From Cycas panzhihuaensis (Eukaryota; Plantae; Cycadophyta): a DNA stretch of 64,000 bases. Numbering within the stretch: the stretch's first letter is position 1; every line of letters begins with the position of its first letter. The stretch spans positions 133,245,741 through 133,309,740 of the forward strand of contig CM041465.1 of the NCBI GenBank assembly GCA_023213395.1, read 5' to 3'. Shown piece after piece: positions 38,701 through 54,059 of this stretch. The notes below the pieces were generated by a model. The model was not told the origin of the DNA. It ran no database searches and was given only the letters and a program-made list of their open reading frames with translations. A program made the translations under genes and the position numbers.

Positions 38701-41700
38701 GTGGTATACCTTTAATTATGTATGAATATACACTTATGTTTGTGCCTTATGTCTAGTCATACAATTAATATGAGAAAGTATGCCTTTAGATTACATTATC
38801 TTTGCTTACTTATTAAATTATCCAAGTGCAAGATTAGCTATATTTGGTTTATTTGAGTGACACTATAGTATGAGACTATTGCTATATTTATTATGTCTAT
38901 ATTATTTATTTGATTTTAGAGCTCAAATGTTTGTTATTAGTCAAATGTTTATCTTTATATTCCATAAATTATCTTCTAACAATTCTTATTAAGACTATGC
39001 CTTCAATGCATTGTCCATTGAGTGTATTAGAGATCATTCCCATGATAATGTCTTTTATTTAATAGTCCATTTGAATGATGTTCCTAGGTCTTTTTTTTTT
39101 TTCGGCTATGTGTGATTTGGTAGTGCATTTTGTATGCTCCATCTATTTGAATCAGATACAATAAGGCTGACTAATAAGGATGTAGTAAACACTTGTGTCT
39201 AGGATTCTCGAATCAATGCACTCACATTATTTTGGATCTACATGATTCCACTATTTAAACCTTATATTCACACCCTTATTCATAGTGAATTGTTCTTCTT
39301 AGTTGTTAGTATCTATATTTTATTTCTTGTTTTTGGTTAAAATATCTTCATGTAGTAATGTTGCATTCCTAAGCTATCATGCAAACCATTCGTGACTTGT
39401 TCACTTTCTCATCAATCTAATTCTTCTGTCTAAACCACTATGTTTGAAGGTCATTACAATTACATGCCTATATAAAATCTCAGGGGGTGTGATCTAGTGG
39501 TATATTTAATCAAACACTAGTGCTATACTAAGCCCCTACTAAGTGACATATACTCTATGTAAAGATTTTTTAATCACATCTAGACCATTGGTTCATATCA
39601 TGAATATTATGTGCTTCCTACATGTATATGCATATCCCTTATATTTTTGTCTATTGGGATTTGTATCAATGCTCTAATGATTATTCTCTAATTATATATC
39701 AAATTAATAAGATTGCCTAGTAATTATTCGAGGTGATCAATGAACTAGAGACAAACAAGAGAGTGTAGTAAAATAAGGTTTCTTTTTAGGGTGTATCTTA
39801 TAGTTCTTCTTTAAAAAAATTTAAGTTATTTTTATTTCTATGAAATTCACATCATTACTAAGTTGTAGATTATATTGTAGAGAAAAATGACTAAACATCT
39901 TTTTAAAAGGATTGCTTAACTATTTTTTTAAAAGAGTTTATATTATATTAAATAACTATTTTTGCTTTGATAAGTATAATTGTTATATGTGGGGTATAAT
40001 TTTAAATTTATCAACCTCAAAGTAATCTTCACTTTTACTTAAATAAAATGAGTGGTCACACATCTATATTAGGCTTATATTTAGTGGTCTATTTAATAAG
40101 ATAAAGTTGATATTAATTTTTTATTATAGTTTATATACTAAGGGTCTTTTTATTAATTTTGACCTCCTTATATTATTTAAGGTATAACTTTGCTATACAG
40201 TGTTAGAATTAAGTGTTGTTTAAAGTTTTTTATTTGTATTTTAATTCTCTACAAAGTGAATGGCCATTTGAATATTTTTGAAATTATTTGATGTATTATT
40301 TTAATGTTCAAAGTTGATACAAGTTTATGGGCTTCTTATGAGTTGACACCTTAAACAAGCTTAGCACAAACTTCACTTTGTAAATAGAAATTAATAAAAT
40401 AATCTTTGTCTTGGAGGAGGTTGAGTCCTAATTAGGATACTTGTGTATGTCCTGAAGTTGAAGGAGGACAATTTAGTTTATGGTTAAGTGCCTTTATTAT
40501 CTTATTTAGTGTATTTTTTCGTCCTTTATTAAAGCTTTTTTTTTTTAAAGTAGTTTATCTTTCAAGGTAATTTTTACTTTATTATGGCTTATAGTATAAG
40601 AATTATAATAGTACCTAAGTTTGATGGTGTCAATTTTTTAAATTAAAGTCATAGAATGAAGCTTATTTTTATATCAAAAGACATGTGAGATTTAATTAAA
40701 AATGGATATGGTACACTTAATCTTAATGCTATTATAGATGAGCAGAAGACCTTCAAGGAGAATAAAAAGAGAGATAGTAAAACCTTGGCATTTATTTCTT
40801 ATACTCTAGAGGACCACATCTTCCCAAAAGTTAGTGAAGTGACTATATCAAAGGAGGTATGGAATGTTTTGAAGACTATATATGAAGGAGTTGTTATATT
40901 AAACCTTCAAACACTAAGGACTAGACTTTAAAATTATAGAATAAAAAATAATGATGGGATTAATGAATTTATAACTAAGGTATAAGACCTAGTTAATTAA
41001 ATGAGGACCTTAAGAGAAGTTATTAGTAAGCAAAGGGTGGTAGAAAAAATTCTAAGCATTGAAGTCTCCAAAGACCTTATAACACTTAAGGTTGATCAAC
41101 TTAGTGCTACATTATTAGATGTTGAAAAGCAAAATGATGGTAACGAATCCTTGAAATATATATTTATCATTAAGGTAAAGATTAAAGTATCTTATCAAGG
41201 CCAAAGTTCTAGGGGAAGAGGTTAATCTCCTAAAAGAAAAAGATAAAACTTTAGAAATTAGGGACAATTTAAACAAGGTCAATTCCATTAAGAATAAGGA
41301 TAATCTTATTAAAGATAATTATATGGGAATTAAAGATAATATAATCAAAGGTTAAGGACAAGGTTTTAAATATTAAGGAAGAGGTAGAAGACAAAGTCCA
41401 AGAGGAAGGAATAAAGGATAAAGAGAAATGGAAAAAGGAATAATATAATGTTTTTATTACCATAGAAATAGACATTTAGAAAATAATTATTTCACAAAAA
41501 AAGTCCAACATACAAAGAGGAGCAGCAAATATAATAATTGAAGAACCAAGGAAGAGTGAAAGTCTTTTCTTATCAAGTCTAATAGTAAATGAAGAGGAAG
41601 ATAGTTGGTATATTAATTGAGGCTACTTTACTCATATGAAAAATATGAAAGAATAGTTTAAAAAGTTAGATAATACTCAAATAAGTAAAATTATATTTGG

Positions 41701-44033
41701 GAATAATATTATTCAAGCTGTAATAGGTGAAAAGAATTTAGCCATCTCAATAAATTTTAGAGAGACTAAGTACATTAATGATGTACTTTATACTACTGCA
41801 CTTAAGAAGAGCTTGTTATCAATTAGATAAATAATAAAGCAATAGTATAAAGTTATCTTTAATAATGGTGATAACATAATTAGGGACAAGTTAAAGAATA
41901 AAGCAATAGTTATTAAGGGCCAAATAACAAGTCATAGCTTATTTAATTTAGTCATGCCTCTAAATGTCTATTATACCTTAAATGTATCAATTAATGTGGA
42001 TAGTGAGATATGGCATAAAGGATTTGGCCATTTGAACTATAATAACTTAATATTAATAAAGAAAATAAAAATAATAATTGGTCTACCCAACATTGAACAT
42101 GGCAAAAAAGTATGTGAGAGATATATACTAAGTAAACAATAAAGGGAAGGATTCCCTATTGATAACTATAGAGAAAATGGGCCTCTTCAACTAGTTTATA
42201 TATAGTTATGTGAACTAATAGATGTGTCATTACTTGAAAGAGATAAGTACTTTATAACTTTTATTAATGACTTCACAAGAATGACTTGGGTTTATTTTTT
42301 CAAGTTCAAATCAGATGTAATGTAATACTTTATTAATTTCAAAGTGATGATTGAAAGGTAAAGTAGCCTTAAAAATATTAACCCTTAAATCAAATAATAG
42401 GGGATAATTCATTTTAAATAAATTTAAAGACTATTGTAGGTACTATAAGATAAGGAAACAACTCACTAATCCTTACACCTCTCAACAAAATAGGATAACA
42501 AAAAGGAAAAGCATGATTATTATTAAGATGGCTAAGAATATGCTTAAGGATAAGCATCTTGATAATGAATATTAAGCAAAAGTTATTTATATAGTTATTT
42601 ATTTATTAAATAAATACATAATAAAGATAGTAATATAGGTCACACTTTAAAAAGTTTAGACAGATCACAAGCTAAGTATCAAATACTTAAAGAGTTTTTA
42701 GTGTATAGCATATGTATATATTCTGAAATAAAGAAAGCCTAAGTTGAATGATAAAAGTATTAAGTATATATTTATAGGATATAGTGATACATCAAGATCT
42801 TATAAATTATATGATCCTAAGGGTAAAAGATTCATCATGAGTAAGGATACAATATTTAATGAAGATGAATTCTATTAAGAGGAAGTTATTAACAAAGACA
42901 AAGGTAAAAGCATTATGATTAATATAGAATTTAACTAAAGTGGTATACATATATTTAATACAAGTGGAGTAGGACCATTCACATCAAATTAAAGGGTTCC
43001 AAAATGGGTGCAAAGGGGTCATAACCCTCAAGATGTTTTAGATACAAACTTTGAGAGAAGAATAACTAGATCCCAAAGGGTAAATTTTACACTTATAACT
43101 CAAGTTATAGAGTTAAATAAGCATTTAAACTTTAAAAAGGTAAATAGTCAAGGTGAATGGAAAGAAGTAATGAAAGAGAAATATAGTTCCTTAGTGAAGA
43201 ACGACACTTGGGAGTTAATTTGCCACTAAGGAAAAATATCATTAGAATAAAATAGGTCTATAAGACCAAGTAAAACTTAAATAGTTCAATTAACAATACA
43301 AGGCATGATTAGTTACAAAGGGTTATGCTCAAGCTAAAGGGATGGACTATAATAAAATAAGCACACCAGTTGTAAGGTTATAAATAGTTAGATTAATTAT
43401 GGCATTAATTGTATAACAAAGTTAGATAGTCCATCAAATAGATGTAAATAATGCCTTCCTAAATGAATATGTTGATGGGGAGATATATGTCCAATAACCT
43501 AAGGGTTTTGAAGTGAAGGGAAAGGAAGGCAAAATATATAAACTTAGAAATACCTTATATGGACTTAAATAAGTGCTTAGAGCATGGTACTCTAGGATAG
43601 ATAAATACTTTAAGGATAAAGGATTCCTAAGGAGCTAATTAAACCATAACTTATATATAAAGTTAAAATAAAGCTTAATATTAATTATAAACTTATATAT
43701 AGATGGCCTGGTATATACCAGGAATTGTGATTACCTATCTTAAAAGTTTAAGAAAGATATGTGCAAAGAGTTTGAAATAATATATTTAAAAGTTATGCAT
43801 TATTTCTTAGACATTAAATTGTGGTAAGATCAAAAGGAAATATTTACATTATAAAGAAAATATACATTGGATATGTTACATAAATGAAACATGGCTTGTT
43901 GTAAGCCATTTATAACACTAGAAAAAGCTAGGTTAAAAATGTTTAAGTTTAAGGAGTTTAAATCAGTTAACCCTATTCTTTATAGATAATTGATTGGGAG
44001 CCTTATTTACTTGACTTTAACTTAACCAAACAT

Positions 44034-47000
44034 TGTAACCAAATATTGTACTTAGTTCTTTAGAAATACTCCAATAATCCCTGCAACTATATAAATCTCT
44101 CTGCACCTGACACTTTGTCCATAAATCTCTATCATATTTCTTTAACTAAACCAAGAGGTTCAACCACTTGAGCCATGTGAATCTCCTCTTCAAGTCTTCA
44201 GTTAGGAACACTGATATCTCATTCATTTGATATGACAACTAACAATTTGAAGCTACTAAAGTAAAGATCAAAAAATGGACTAATAACATAGAGATTAGTG
44301 CAAATTATCTCCTCATGCCTAAATTCGTCTTTTGCTAGAAATCTCCTATGTAACAAGCTTTCCAACTTGCAAACTAAAGGTTCTTTCCTTGGAGATAAAG
44401 GACCCAGATCCCACACAACACTCTTTTAACACAACTCTTCATTATGAATCTTCACTTGCTATAATGTTGGTGTCTATCTCAATCTTTGACTAGCATGCTG
44501 ATCCATGATCTTCAATCATCCTGCAAGTCTTTAACCATCAATATAATATGGGGTTGCAATCCATATATCTTCAAAAAATTGCTCCTCATCATCGATCTTC
44601 CACTTAAACCTATTCCCATCTTAAATACAATGTTAGGTAAATAAACCTCCACACATATTGAATCGTGGCTTGAAAAAGTGAAGAAATGAAGGATAAAAAT
44701 TATAATAAGATGACACTTAACATGATACGTTAATAACTCTTAACATCTAGACTAATCACAATGTATTCCCCTTGCAGATCACACTGTTTGTAAGCTAAAC
44801 AACCCCATAGGCTTTAAACTCTTGTAATCTTGATAATGTAATCTTTGTCTAAGATGTGTGCACTCCAATGCACCTAAGAATCAAATGGAAGACTTCTCAC
44901 TAGTATAAAACACAATATGAGGGGAATATATACCATGAACAACTTTAACAAGGGCCCTAAAACTTCTCTACTACAACTTTTGCTAACAAAACATGGGAGG
45001 CTAGCTCATATAATGCACTAAACCTCCTCATCTGCATCATGGTACTTCCAATATAACCTAAGAGGGGTACACGAGACAAATAACTCTCATTCCATACCAT
45101 GACAAAGACAAAGTTGAATTAAGGCTTCTCGTCATAAACCTTTCCAATAACACTTTTAAATTTATTAAATACTTTATCTCAGTTCTACATTAGACCTATT
45201 CAGATACGCATACATATTGAACTAGCATCAAATAGGCCACAAACCCTCATGATAACATCAATCTAACTAATAGAGTATAACGGTCCATAATAACTGATAA
45301 CCACTTATACAAATAACAAATTCTAAACCTCTTATCACCTTATACATATATGATACAATAGAACTCAAATATAATATAAATAAACACACTCATTTCACTA
45401 AATAAATCACATATATATGAACTTATGCAATGATCTATGCCACAGTAAAAATAGTAACAGAGTTTGCCTTACTTTACAACTAAGGTATCTCAAATAAACC
45501 TCGCTCTTCTTTGCACTTCATGCCCAATCTTGCCTATCTCTTTCTCTTAAACTTGCCCAACTAACTTGCCATGTAATCCACATGCAACAACTATACCTTC
45601 ACCTTATATTGCCCTTCTCTCTTGCCCTATCATGCCCTCTTCTTCACCCATAAAGGTCCTTCATGTAAGTCACATTCTAAGGAGCACCATGTCCCCTCAT
45701 CACTACCCCATGACATCGCCTTAATAGCTCTCTTATGTAACCACATGCAAAGAGCTTCAAATCATCACCACTTGCCTCCAACATCACCCAACTTACTCTC
45801 CTATGTAAAGCACACATTAGAGACCATACAATCGCCTACTTTACTCATTAAACCCTGCCACATAATCACATGTAATAAGGACTATTTGACACTTTATCAA
45901 ACCATCATATACTTTCTCATTCAAACCTCATATATCAGCATGCAAGCCTTGGTTCAGTCACTCATAATTGACAAAAATTTAGGCCTTATCTATCTCTTAA
46001 ATAGTCACTTCAAAATGCCTCAAAATCATAAGGATGATAAACTATAAAAAGAGATAAAAGATTCTTTATTAAAGGTATCTTAGTAACCTTTAATATTCAT
46101 ATGAATTATTATTAACAAAGATAATATAAGATCCAATTTCCAAAGGTGCATCATACATTGATATATGATATCAAAAATATATAAAGTCATAATTCTTAAT
46201 ACTATCAAAGAATGACTTTATAAACTCTAAATGGTAGCGTAATATATTTTAATATGGGTGACTTTTATAAAGGTCGAAATATAATCAAATAAATTTGGTG
46301 ATCAAAATATACTAACGCCAAATATATAGGGGTGACTATATTATATAAAACAACAGCTGCAAATACAAAATGATGGTTATGTAATCATCACCGGTGACTT
46401 TAGAAATTTGAAATATATCATATGATATCAAGGCAAACTGCATATATATTAGACAAGTGAATTTAATAAAAAAAGGTATCACACAATAGTAAAATACTAT
46501 AATGTAGCCATAAATTACATATATTACAAAAAAATTGTGGCACTTTCAACATAGATGACACTTAATTAATCTGGATCAAGTGACGTAGAGATAATCTATT
46601 TCATCACATGGATAAAAATAGTAATGGGTGATGTAAATATAAAATAGAAAGCAAAATATATTAATGCAACTTATGTATTATATAAAGCGTGACTTAAATA
46701 ATATTGTAATGGGTGATGAAAATAACATAACTACAACTATCATATATATTAGGGTGACCTCATATATATCAATGGGCAAAAATTTGGATGGAGTTGATAG
46801 TAATGTGAGAGGCATCAATAATATATATCAAAATATATAATATATGTGAGTATAACTTTGATATAATGCCATATTTTTCACTTACAGGCTATGTAATTTT
46901 CTCACAAGGGTTTTGCACTCTCCCACTACTCTTCTGGCATCAACAGGGGGTTGGCAGTGGTCTATAATTAGGTGCATAACTTCTCTCCACATGCAAGAAG

Positions 47001-47663
47001 CCTCAAACACCACTAAAATTGATCAAAAACACTTCTGGGGCTTTGTAAACTTAGTGGCACCATTAAACAAAGATCTGGCACCTTCAACAGGCTCAAATGG
47101 GCTCAAACGGTTAGCAATGAAGTAATCAAGATTGCACACTCATTTGCACATGCCCATAGAGTTTTGAATACATATAAAACGTAAATTAAAGGGTACCAGG
47201 ATCCACCAATGACCATCTATACCTCTGTGGTAATTCTATAAGGTTGTCATACATGGCAATCCACTTAGGCAAGCCAACATGACTTGGAACCAATGATTAG
47301 ATCATCTAACAATGATTCTTTATCTATTCATGACCTACAAGGCTTTAATACTATGTTGGAAAATACCTATATAAACAGGTTAATATAATCTTTCACATCA
47401 GGAAGATTCAAGTAGAAATAAACACACAGGATACTAGGATTACCATGAGAAACCCTTATAGGTGAAAACCCACCAAAATAATATCAATTCATGTTTTTGA
47501 CAAATCTAATATTATACATAGTTTGGACTTTGATCTATATTTATAGATTTCAAGTGCTATAATATAATTACATTTATATTATTACATTTGTTAGCTTACC
47601 CATATCGAGAATATTCCACATATCACACATTTATATTAGTTGGCACATTAACATATTCCAACA
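44034..47663 (-). mobile_element. Composite insertion: LTR 47354-47663 with decayed iMet PBS 47342-47353; interior without recognisable pol
   Basis: Perfect TGTTGGAA/TTCCAACA termini; gctttaatacta resembles gctctgatacca; the insertion interrupts the copia RT after LTLT*PNI. Confidence 0.6.
46250..46770. repeat. Degenerate AT-rich array with recurring (G)GGTGA(C/T) motif
   Basis: About 9 occurrences, including gtaatgggtgatg twice (46621, ~46707). Confidence 0.5.
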
Positions 47664-48154
47664 GGTCATCGTGGGATTATAGGTTAATTAGTTATATAGA
47701 GTCAAACTAGGCAGGTTATATAAATGATACACAGTCAACTTTAGGTTATGAATTTAGTTTAGGTATAGTAGACATAGCATGGAGTTTAAAGAAATATGTA
47801 ATAATATCTCTATCTAATATAGAATTAGAGTATAAAGTAATTATAGTAGGAGCTTGTGAGATAGTTTTTCTTAAAAGATTACTTCAGGATTTATAGGAGG
47901 AACAAATTAGTCCCACATAGTTATTTTATGATAACTAAAGTACCATTTAAATGATTATGAATCTAATGTTTTATAGTAGGACAAAGCATATTAAAACACA
48001 ACCTTATTTTATTAAAGAACTATTACAATAAGGTGAGTTAAAGTTAATCTATTATAGCACATCTTCACAAAGGCACACAGTAAAATAAAATTCATCAAAT
48101 TCAAAGATAAGATTGGGGTCTCCCTAAATCATTATTAGTGGGGGGGTGGTAAAA

Positions 48155-48485
48155 TATTAGGATGATACCCATATTAGGGCCATTCTTATATCCTTGTTTG
48201 TTAGATAATCATTAGATTTCTCTAACATTTATTAATATCATGTAATGATGGACTTTGAGAGGTGTGTCAAACACTCTTGATCTTATTTATTTATGGGGTT
48301 TAAAGACCTTGGTGTTTATCAACACCATCCTGCTCATAGATCGTTCATTTATTTTTTGTTTGGTCCATTAAGTGTTTGTCATCTATATATCAATATACCA
48401 TGTAGAGAATCTCCATCATGGGGCAATCTAGATCTCCCTTATTCTAGTGTCTTATCAACTTATAGAATCTATAATTCTAGCAACA
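48155..48485 (+). repeat. LTR-like repeat, copy 2
   Basis: Homologous to 38367-38700, starts 8 nt after a G-run PPT, ends ..GCAACA. Confidence 0.65.
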
Positions 48486-51127
48486 CCAACATCATAATTA
48501 CCTATTACCAGCAATAATATGACTACTATCTCATACACCCTTGTAATAGAATTATTACTAGTAAATATTGATAATTTCACTAGTATTATATAATAATTAT
48601 AGGCACTATAATAACATTATTAAGCATGGCTATTGAGTAGTGCATTTAGGTGAAACACATCATACTTTCTATTCTCATATTGTCTCTTCCTAGAATTTTA
48701 CTCAACTACCAAAATCTACCTACATAACAATTTGCTTGGCCTAAACTTTAAATTATTGTGCTCTAGTTTTGTTTGACTATAAAAATCTACTCATGTAATA
48801 GTTTGTTCAACTGTGGTAATTATCATTTATTAATTAACATGGCACCATTCATTTATAACTAGATTTGTGTTAAGCACTCATATATTTCTTTTATTAATAC
48901 CTTATAAATAATGTAACTATTTATAAAATTATTGACCTTCATCAAGAGATTAATATATTATCACCATAACCATTATATTCTTGACATTGACTATTTACTC
49001 CTACTCTTCAACACTTTATGAGCCGTAGTCAAATGACCTAAATAATAAGTTAACACATGTCAAAATGAATAAACTAAATATAATGATTGATATTTGGCCC
49101 CAATACCAATAGAAATATAAATGAACTTATGGTATATATACTTGTTACTAATCCTAACATCAAGCCATTAAATATATTAGCCATTGATCATATACTCATA
49201 TATTGCGTGAAACCACTCATCAGCATACGTACTAAAAATTTAAATATTGGAGGACATACACCAACTTATTGAGTAACTTATAAATTGAAAATTGGAGCTT
49301 TGCTTTAGATCTATAAAATCTAATATAGTAGATTATAAAAGGAAACAAAGAATAGTGTATAAGGGAGACTCTAGTGATTATGTTAATGCTCATCTCGATG
49401 TCATTGAATAATGGATGAAATAAACAAAAGATAGCATCTAAAAGAGTATGCCAAAACAAAATGACATTAGACTTGAGACACTTGAGTCTCATGATAACTA
49501 GGTCAATAACAACAACTAGGAAATTGTTTAATACAAAAGATAACTTATTATTCCTGATTTTAGTATCAAAGGTATAATTGATCTTAATAAATAGATCACT
49601 AAATTTGAAGTAATATTATATGATCTTAAAATTAATGTTTCCGGTGAAGAAACTAGATTTATTATTAACTATTTCTAAGGACCTATCTTCACATAGGCAC
49701 AAAAATGGTATTTAAATTATGTTTATGTTCTTTGTTGTAATTTTGTTGATGCCATATATTAATGAGTTGAAGGACCAAATGTCATTCTATATAAAGTCCA
49801 ATTATCATATTATTTTCAATATGATTCACTAATCAAGGAATTCATCGAATGTTTTGAGAGACTCTAACTCAAAATAACCATTTTAGATAAAGAAATAGTA
49901 CAATTATATTAAGCTAATTTGTAGCCTAATATTGGAATTGAATTCAAAATATTTTAGCCTATTACATTAGAGAAAGTCATTAGTTTTACAAGATAAGTTG
50001 AAGTCAAGTAATAAGTACAAGTCTCTCAATACATTCCTCCTAGGTAATGACTTAGTTTTAAAAATCAACATTTGCTTATAAGCCATGCATTAAAACCTTA
50101 AAAGGTAGTTTAAAATGAGAATCATTGTTATTATAGTAAAAAGTGGTTTATAGGACACCTTAAGGTGTGTATGCGACAAAACTAACTTTATGTAGTAGAA
50201 GCTGATAATAGTGAAATTAACATCATTAATTATTAGCCACATCCTAAGGGAATATTACCCCTTGATGACATCCAACCTTTCATCTCTTTAGTAGTTATAT
50301 CAGATATTCCATAATCCAACACCATTAAATTATAGGGACTTATATGTAAGGGAAAGGTAGTCATTCTTATTAATCCAAGAAGTCCTTATAACTTTATAAA
50401 CGCTAAGGTTAAAACTCATTTGGGCCTTTTTGCTGATAGATCCAAGACTTTTTGGATAGCCATGTTAAGTGATAAATAAATAAATTACAATAGGAAATTT
50501 GCTAGTCAATAACTTCAAATCAATACTCTCAACTTCTATATTGATTATTATGTTTTCTCCATAGGAGACATACATGTTGTACTTGGGCTTGAATGGCTCA
50601 TAAAATTGGAAACATATATACTAAACCATGACTAAAACTTCATTTGTTTATTATGGAATAGAGAGCTCTACTATTCCTCCGGAACCTCTTCATGTAAATC
50701 TAAAAATACCCTTACATCAAAGAGGAACTAAGGGAAAGTAAATTGCATTACTCAATTATACTCCATATATATTCTATTAATAGAAGAATAATTCAACAAT
50801 AAACAAACTAATAATAAGCTAATAAAACACTTAGTGCCTACATATGATAATTCCTTGAAGTTTTCCCATGCTTTGAGGGCAAAGTATTTCAAAATAGGAG
50901 GGACTTATTACAAACTTTACAACTAATTATAATTATAAACTAATAATCTAATAGATATAATTTAGGGTTGTGGCTTCTCAAAGGGGCATGACATTGATAT
51001 TTATATGGCCTTATAATGATATATACTTAATATATTCAATTCAATTCAATACAAATATATTTCTTAAAGGAATATTTTTCAGATTTACTTTTATTTATTT
51101 TTAGTAGTGGATATGAGATCTACTACA

Positions 51128-51892
51128 ATATCATGCTTTAGTCAAATTTAGCAAAGAAACATTATGGATTAAATCTATACTTGATAAAATTGGTTTTTCT
51201 CTTTATAATCTTGTCTTAATTAATATTGATAATCAAGGAGTTATATCTGTTACTATTAATCCTATTTTCCACTCTAAGACAAAACATATTAAACGTTGTC
51301 AATTTTATTCATAATTTTGTTAGTAATGGCATTACTCAACTATTGTATTATCTTATAGATTTATAGATCGTGGATATAATGACCAAGTCTCTTACATAAG
51401 TGAAGTTTATAAAATTGTGTTAACTGCTCAAAGTTCAAGAAATCTCCATCAAAGGGGGATTTACATGATGAAGCCTTTTTTCTTAGCTCAACTCTTATAA
51501 GTTAATATTAAAGGAGAATGTTAAAGTATTAATATTAAAATGCTAAAGTTGCTATTTAATGTTGTCTTATAAAGTTAATTATTAAGTTGTTTATGTTAAT
51601 ATTCAACTAGTTATATGATATATTAAAAATTCATTCTCTAGATAATAAATAAATACATTATCCTATTCTCCACATGAAAGAGAGATAAGAAACATACGTA
51701 ATGTACTGGGATGTTATACTATAATATTTTATTATTATAAACTTATTATTTTTGAAGTGTTTGCTCTATACTAAAGACTTTTGCACCTTCTAAATTTTGG
51801 TGTTCATTGTATGATTATAATGATCCTATTAAATATTGATATATAAATTATTCATTATAATTTGTTACTTCTACAATATACATGCTCTAACA
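51128..51892 (+). mobile_element. 3' fragment of Ty1/copia (RNase H end, PPT, LTR 51519-51892)
   Basis: KETLWIKSIL..DNQGVI..NPIFHSKTKHI..DIMTKSL; AAAGGAGAA then TGTTAA...CTAACA. Confidence 0.8.
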
Positions 51893-53619
51893 ATTTATAA
51901 GAAAGATGAAAAATCATTGATAATAATAATATTCTAATTAAAATAATAGGACAATATACAATATAAAAATATAACTCTAAGTTTTGAGGAATATCAATTA
52001 TTATATTATTAGAAGGATATACAAGCCTTTAGTATTTATAGATGATCTAATCAAATGCATCAATAATACCATTAACAAGATAGACAAAGTGACATAAGTA
52101 GAAAGTTTCATAAAAGGAAGAAAACTGGACAAATTTTGATTAGGAAGTGTGGATCTTAGAATATCTCTAGTTTTTAAATAATTAGTTATAATGTTGTAAT
52201 TATTAGGCTAGCAAGAATCCAAGGCATTGGCTTGACTCTAATTAGTATATCATTTTTAGACAGTTTGGGTTAGTAAACAATTCAAGTTAATTCCAGCCTT
52301 TTCAACCAATCTTGTAATACAAGCGCATAATAATTTAAATTAAAGAGTTGGTGCAATAATGGAGAATTATACTTTATTATAATTCCTATATTTCATTAAT
52401 TTAAGATAAATTTTTAGAGTAAAAAGAAAATAAATATTAACAATACAATCTTCTGTATGTTATGTATTTTCCTCATGATTTCTTCCTTAACAACTAATGT
52501 TGATAAATTATAAGTCCTTTACTCTAAAGTAGTATAATAACCCTTGTCTTTCTCTTGTTTAAACTTCTAAATCTCTCTTTCTTTAGATTAGAGATATAGT
52601 AAACAAATGAACATATGGTAATAGTTCCTAAGGTAAGTGTTTAAGTATTATAACTAAATGTTTTGATGAAAAAATTGCTTCTCTACTTCATTAAATCTTC
52701 ATTCTATATTTACTCATATTTACATATATTCTAAAAAGGATATATAAGAATATTGTAATGGTATCTTTATGCATTTGAATTATGGATCTCATTGAAAATG
52801 TATTAAAAACCATGATTTTTCTATCACACACTCCACATTCCCCATTTCAATCTTAGAGTTTTATCAAATATTCATCCTTAAGGTATAGGAAAATGCAAAC
52901 ATTATAGCTTTATATAGTTTCACCATATCTTTGAATTCTATAAAGTTATTCCTCTTCAATATGTCATGAATTTAAAATTCTTAATTCACTAGTTCAATTC
53001 AACATGAGTTCTCATGTGTATATAAAAAGTATAAGCTTCAATGTTAAGGGTATATTGTAGCTCTAAAAGTAGGGTGTAAATCATCTTAGGAGTTTGGCTT
53101 ACCATGGTGTGCTTCTGTACATATCAATGTTAATATTATAATTGTGAAATATAGAGAGTATTAATGAGTTGTATTTTAAGATAAGATGAAAAAATTGGTG
53201 ATCACGTGTTCTCTTCCTATTGATTCATCTTGGTTCCAACTTGCATATATATTATTAGTTATAATAATGTTTTTAAGGGATGTACCTCAAAGTTAAATCA
53301 AGATTATACCATCTTCAAAAGCATAAACTTGCAAAGCCCCCTTTTAGAAAGTGGCCAAATTTATAGGAATCAATCTTGACTTTCAACACCTCCACTCATA
53401 GTCGAAAATAATGTTAATGGTTTTTGATGGGACATTCGTTAGATCATAAATTAATATAGCCTCCAATTATACCAATAAATTTGTAGTTCATATACTAGTT
53501 CATATAAGGTTGAAATTTATTCTTATTTTTAGATTTTATAATAAATTTCCAAGTCATATATGGTAGGCTTGAAATGTACAATCCACCTAAAATTTTGCAA
53601 TACATCTTAAATTAATAAA

Positions 53620-53970
53620 TCATGGGCTTGAAATTTGCATTTAATATAGTTAACAAATGGATGGAAGCCTAGACATGTCGCCGTCACTTTTGTTTTTCTG
53701 GACCATAAATAATTATAAGCATTGGAGGGATCTCAATATGTCAAGCACAAAAATCAAAATGAATTATTATTTTGACTTTATGTAAAGCTATAGCTCATTT
53801 TTCTTCAAACCAAACCAAAAATAATTATACGAATTTAGACCAACTTTAGGCCCAAGGATAAAAGTGAACCATTTTTCTGTGCCCAATATAAAAGCGATGG
53901 TTCTATTTCTTTGAAGGGCCATTATTTAATAGTTTTTTCATTACGGAGGCACGTGGGTCGGAATATAAAA
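53620..53970 (+). promoter_or_regulatory. Host-type Pol II promoter: site II-like motifs, G-box 53950-53955, TATA 53964-53970
   Basis: TGGGCT and GGCCCA motifs, CACGTG and TATAAAA at the edge of a CpG-retaining island. Confidence 0.55.
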
Positions 53971-54059
53971 TGTAGAATAAGTGCGCAGAAAAAGCATCCA
54001 ATAAATTTCAGACGACGGATCAAGGGGACAAAATCGGAGCGTTCAGCCGGATTCCTTAT

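Larger units (their letters stand above)
40584..48146 (+). mobile_element. Heavily decayed Ty1/copia gag-pol, interrupted at 44034-47663; PPT 48138-48146
   Basis: gag PKFDGVNF..RMK; IWHKGFGHLNY; FINDFTRMTWVYF; YTSQQN; VHQIDVNNAFLN; after the insertion ISYIESN*AG..STLGY; RTKHIK. Confidence 0.88.

Noticed and set aside
40201-40564. Alternative 5' LTR for the 40584-48146 copia (TGTTAGAA...CTTTCA)
   Set aside because: No PBS follows, and only 8 nt (TGGTAAAA at 48147) could represent its 3' partner; left unresolved.
46250-46770. CRISPR-like repeat-spacer array
   Set aside because: The motif is only 5-13 nt with irregular spacing, in a eukaryotic TE context with no cas genes.
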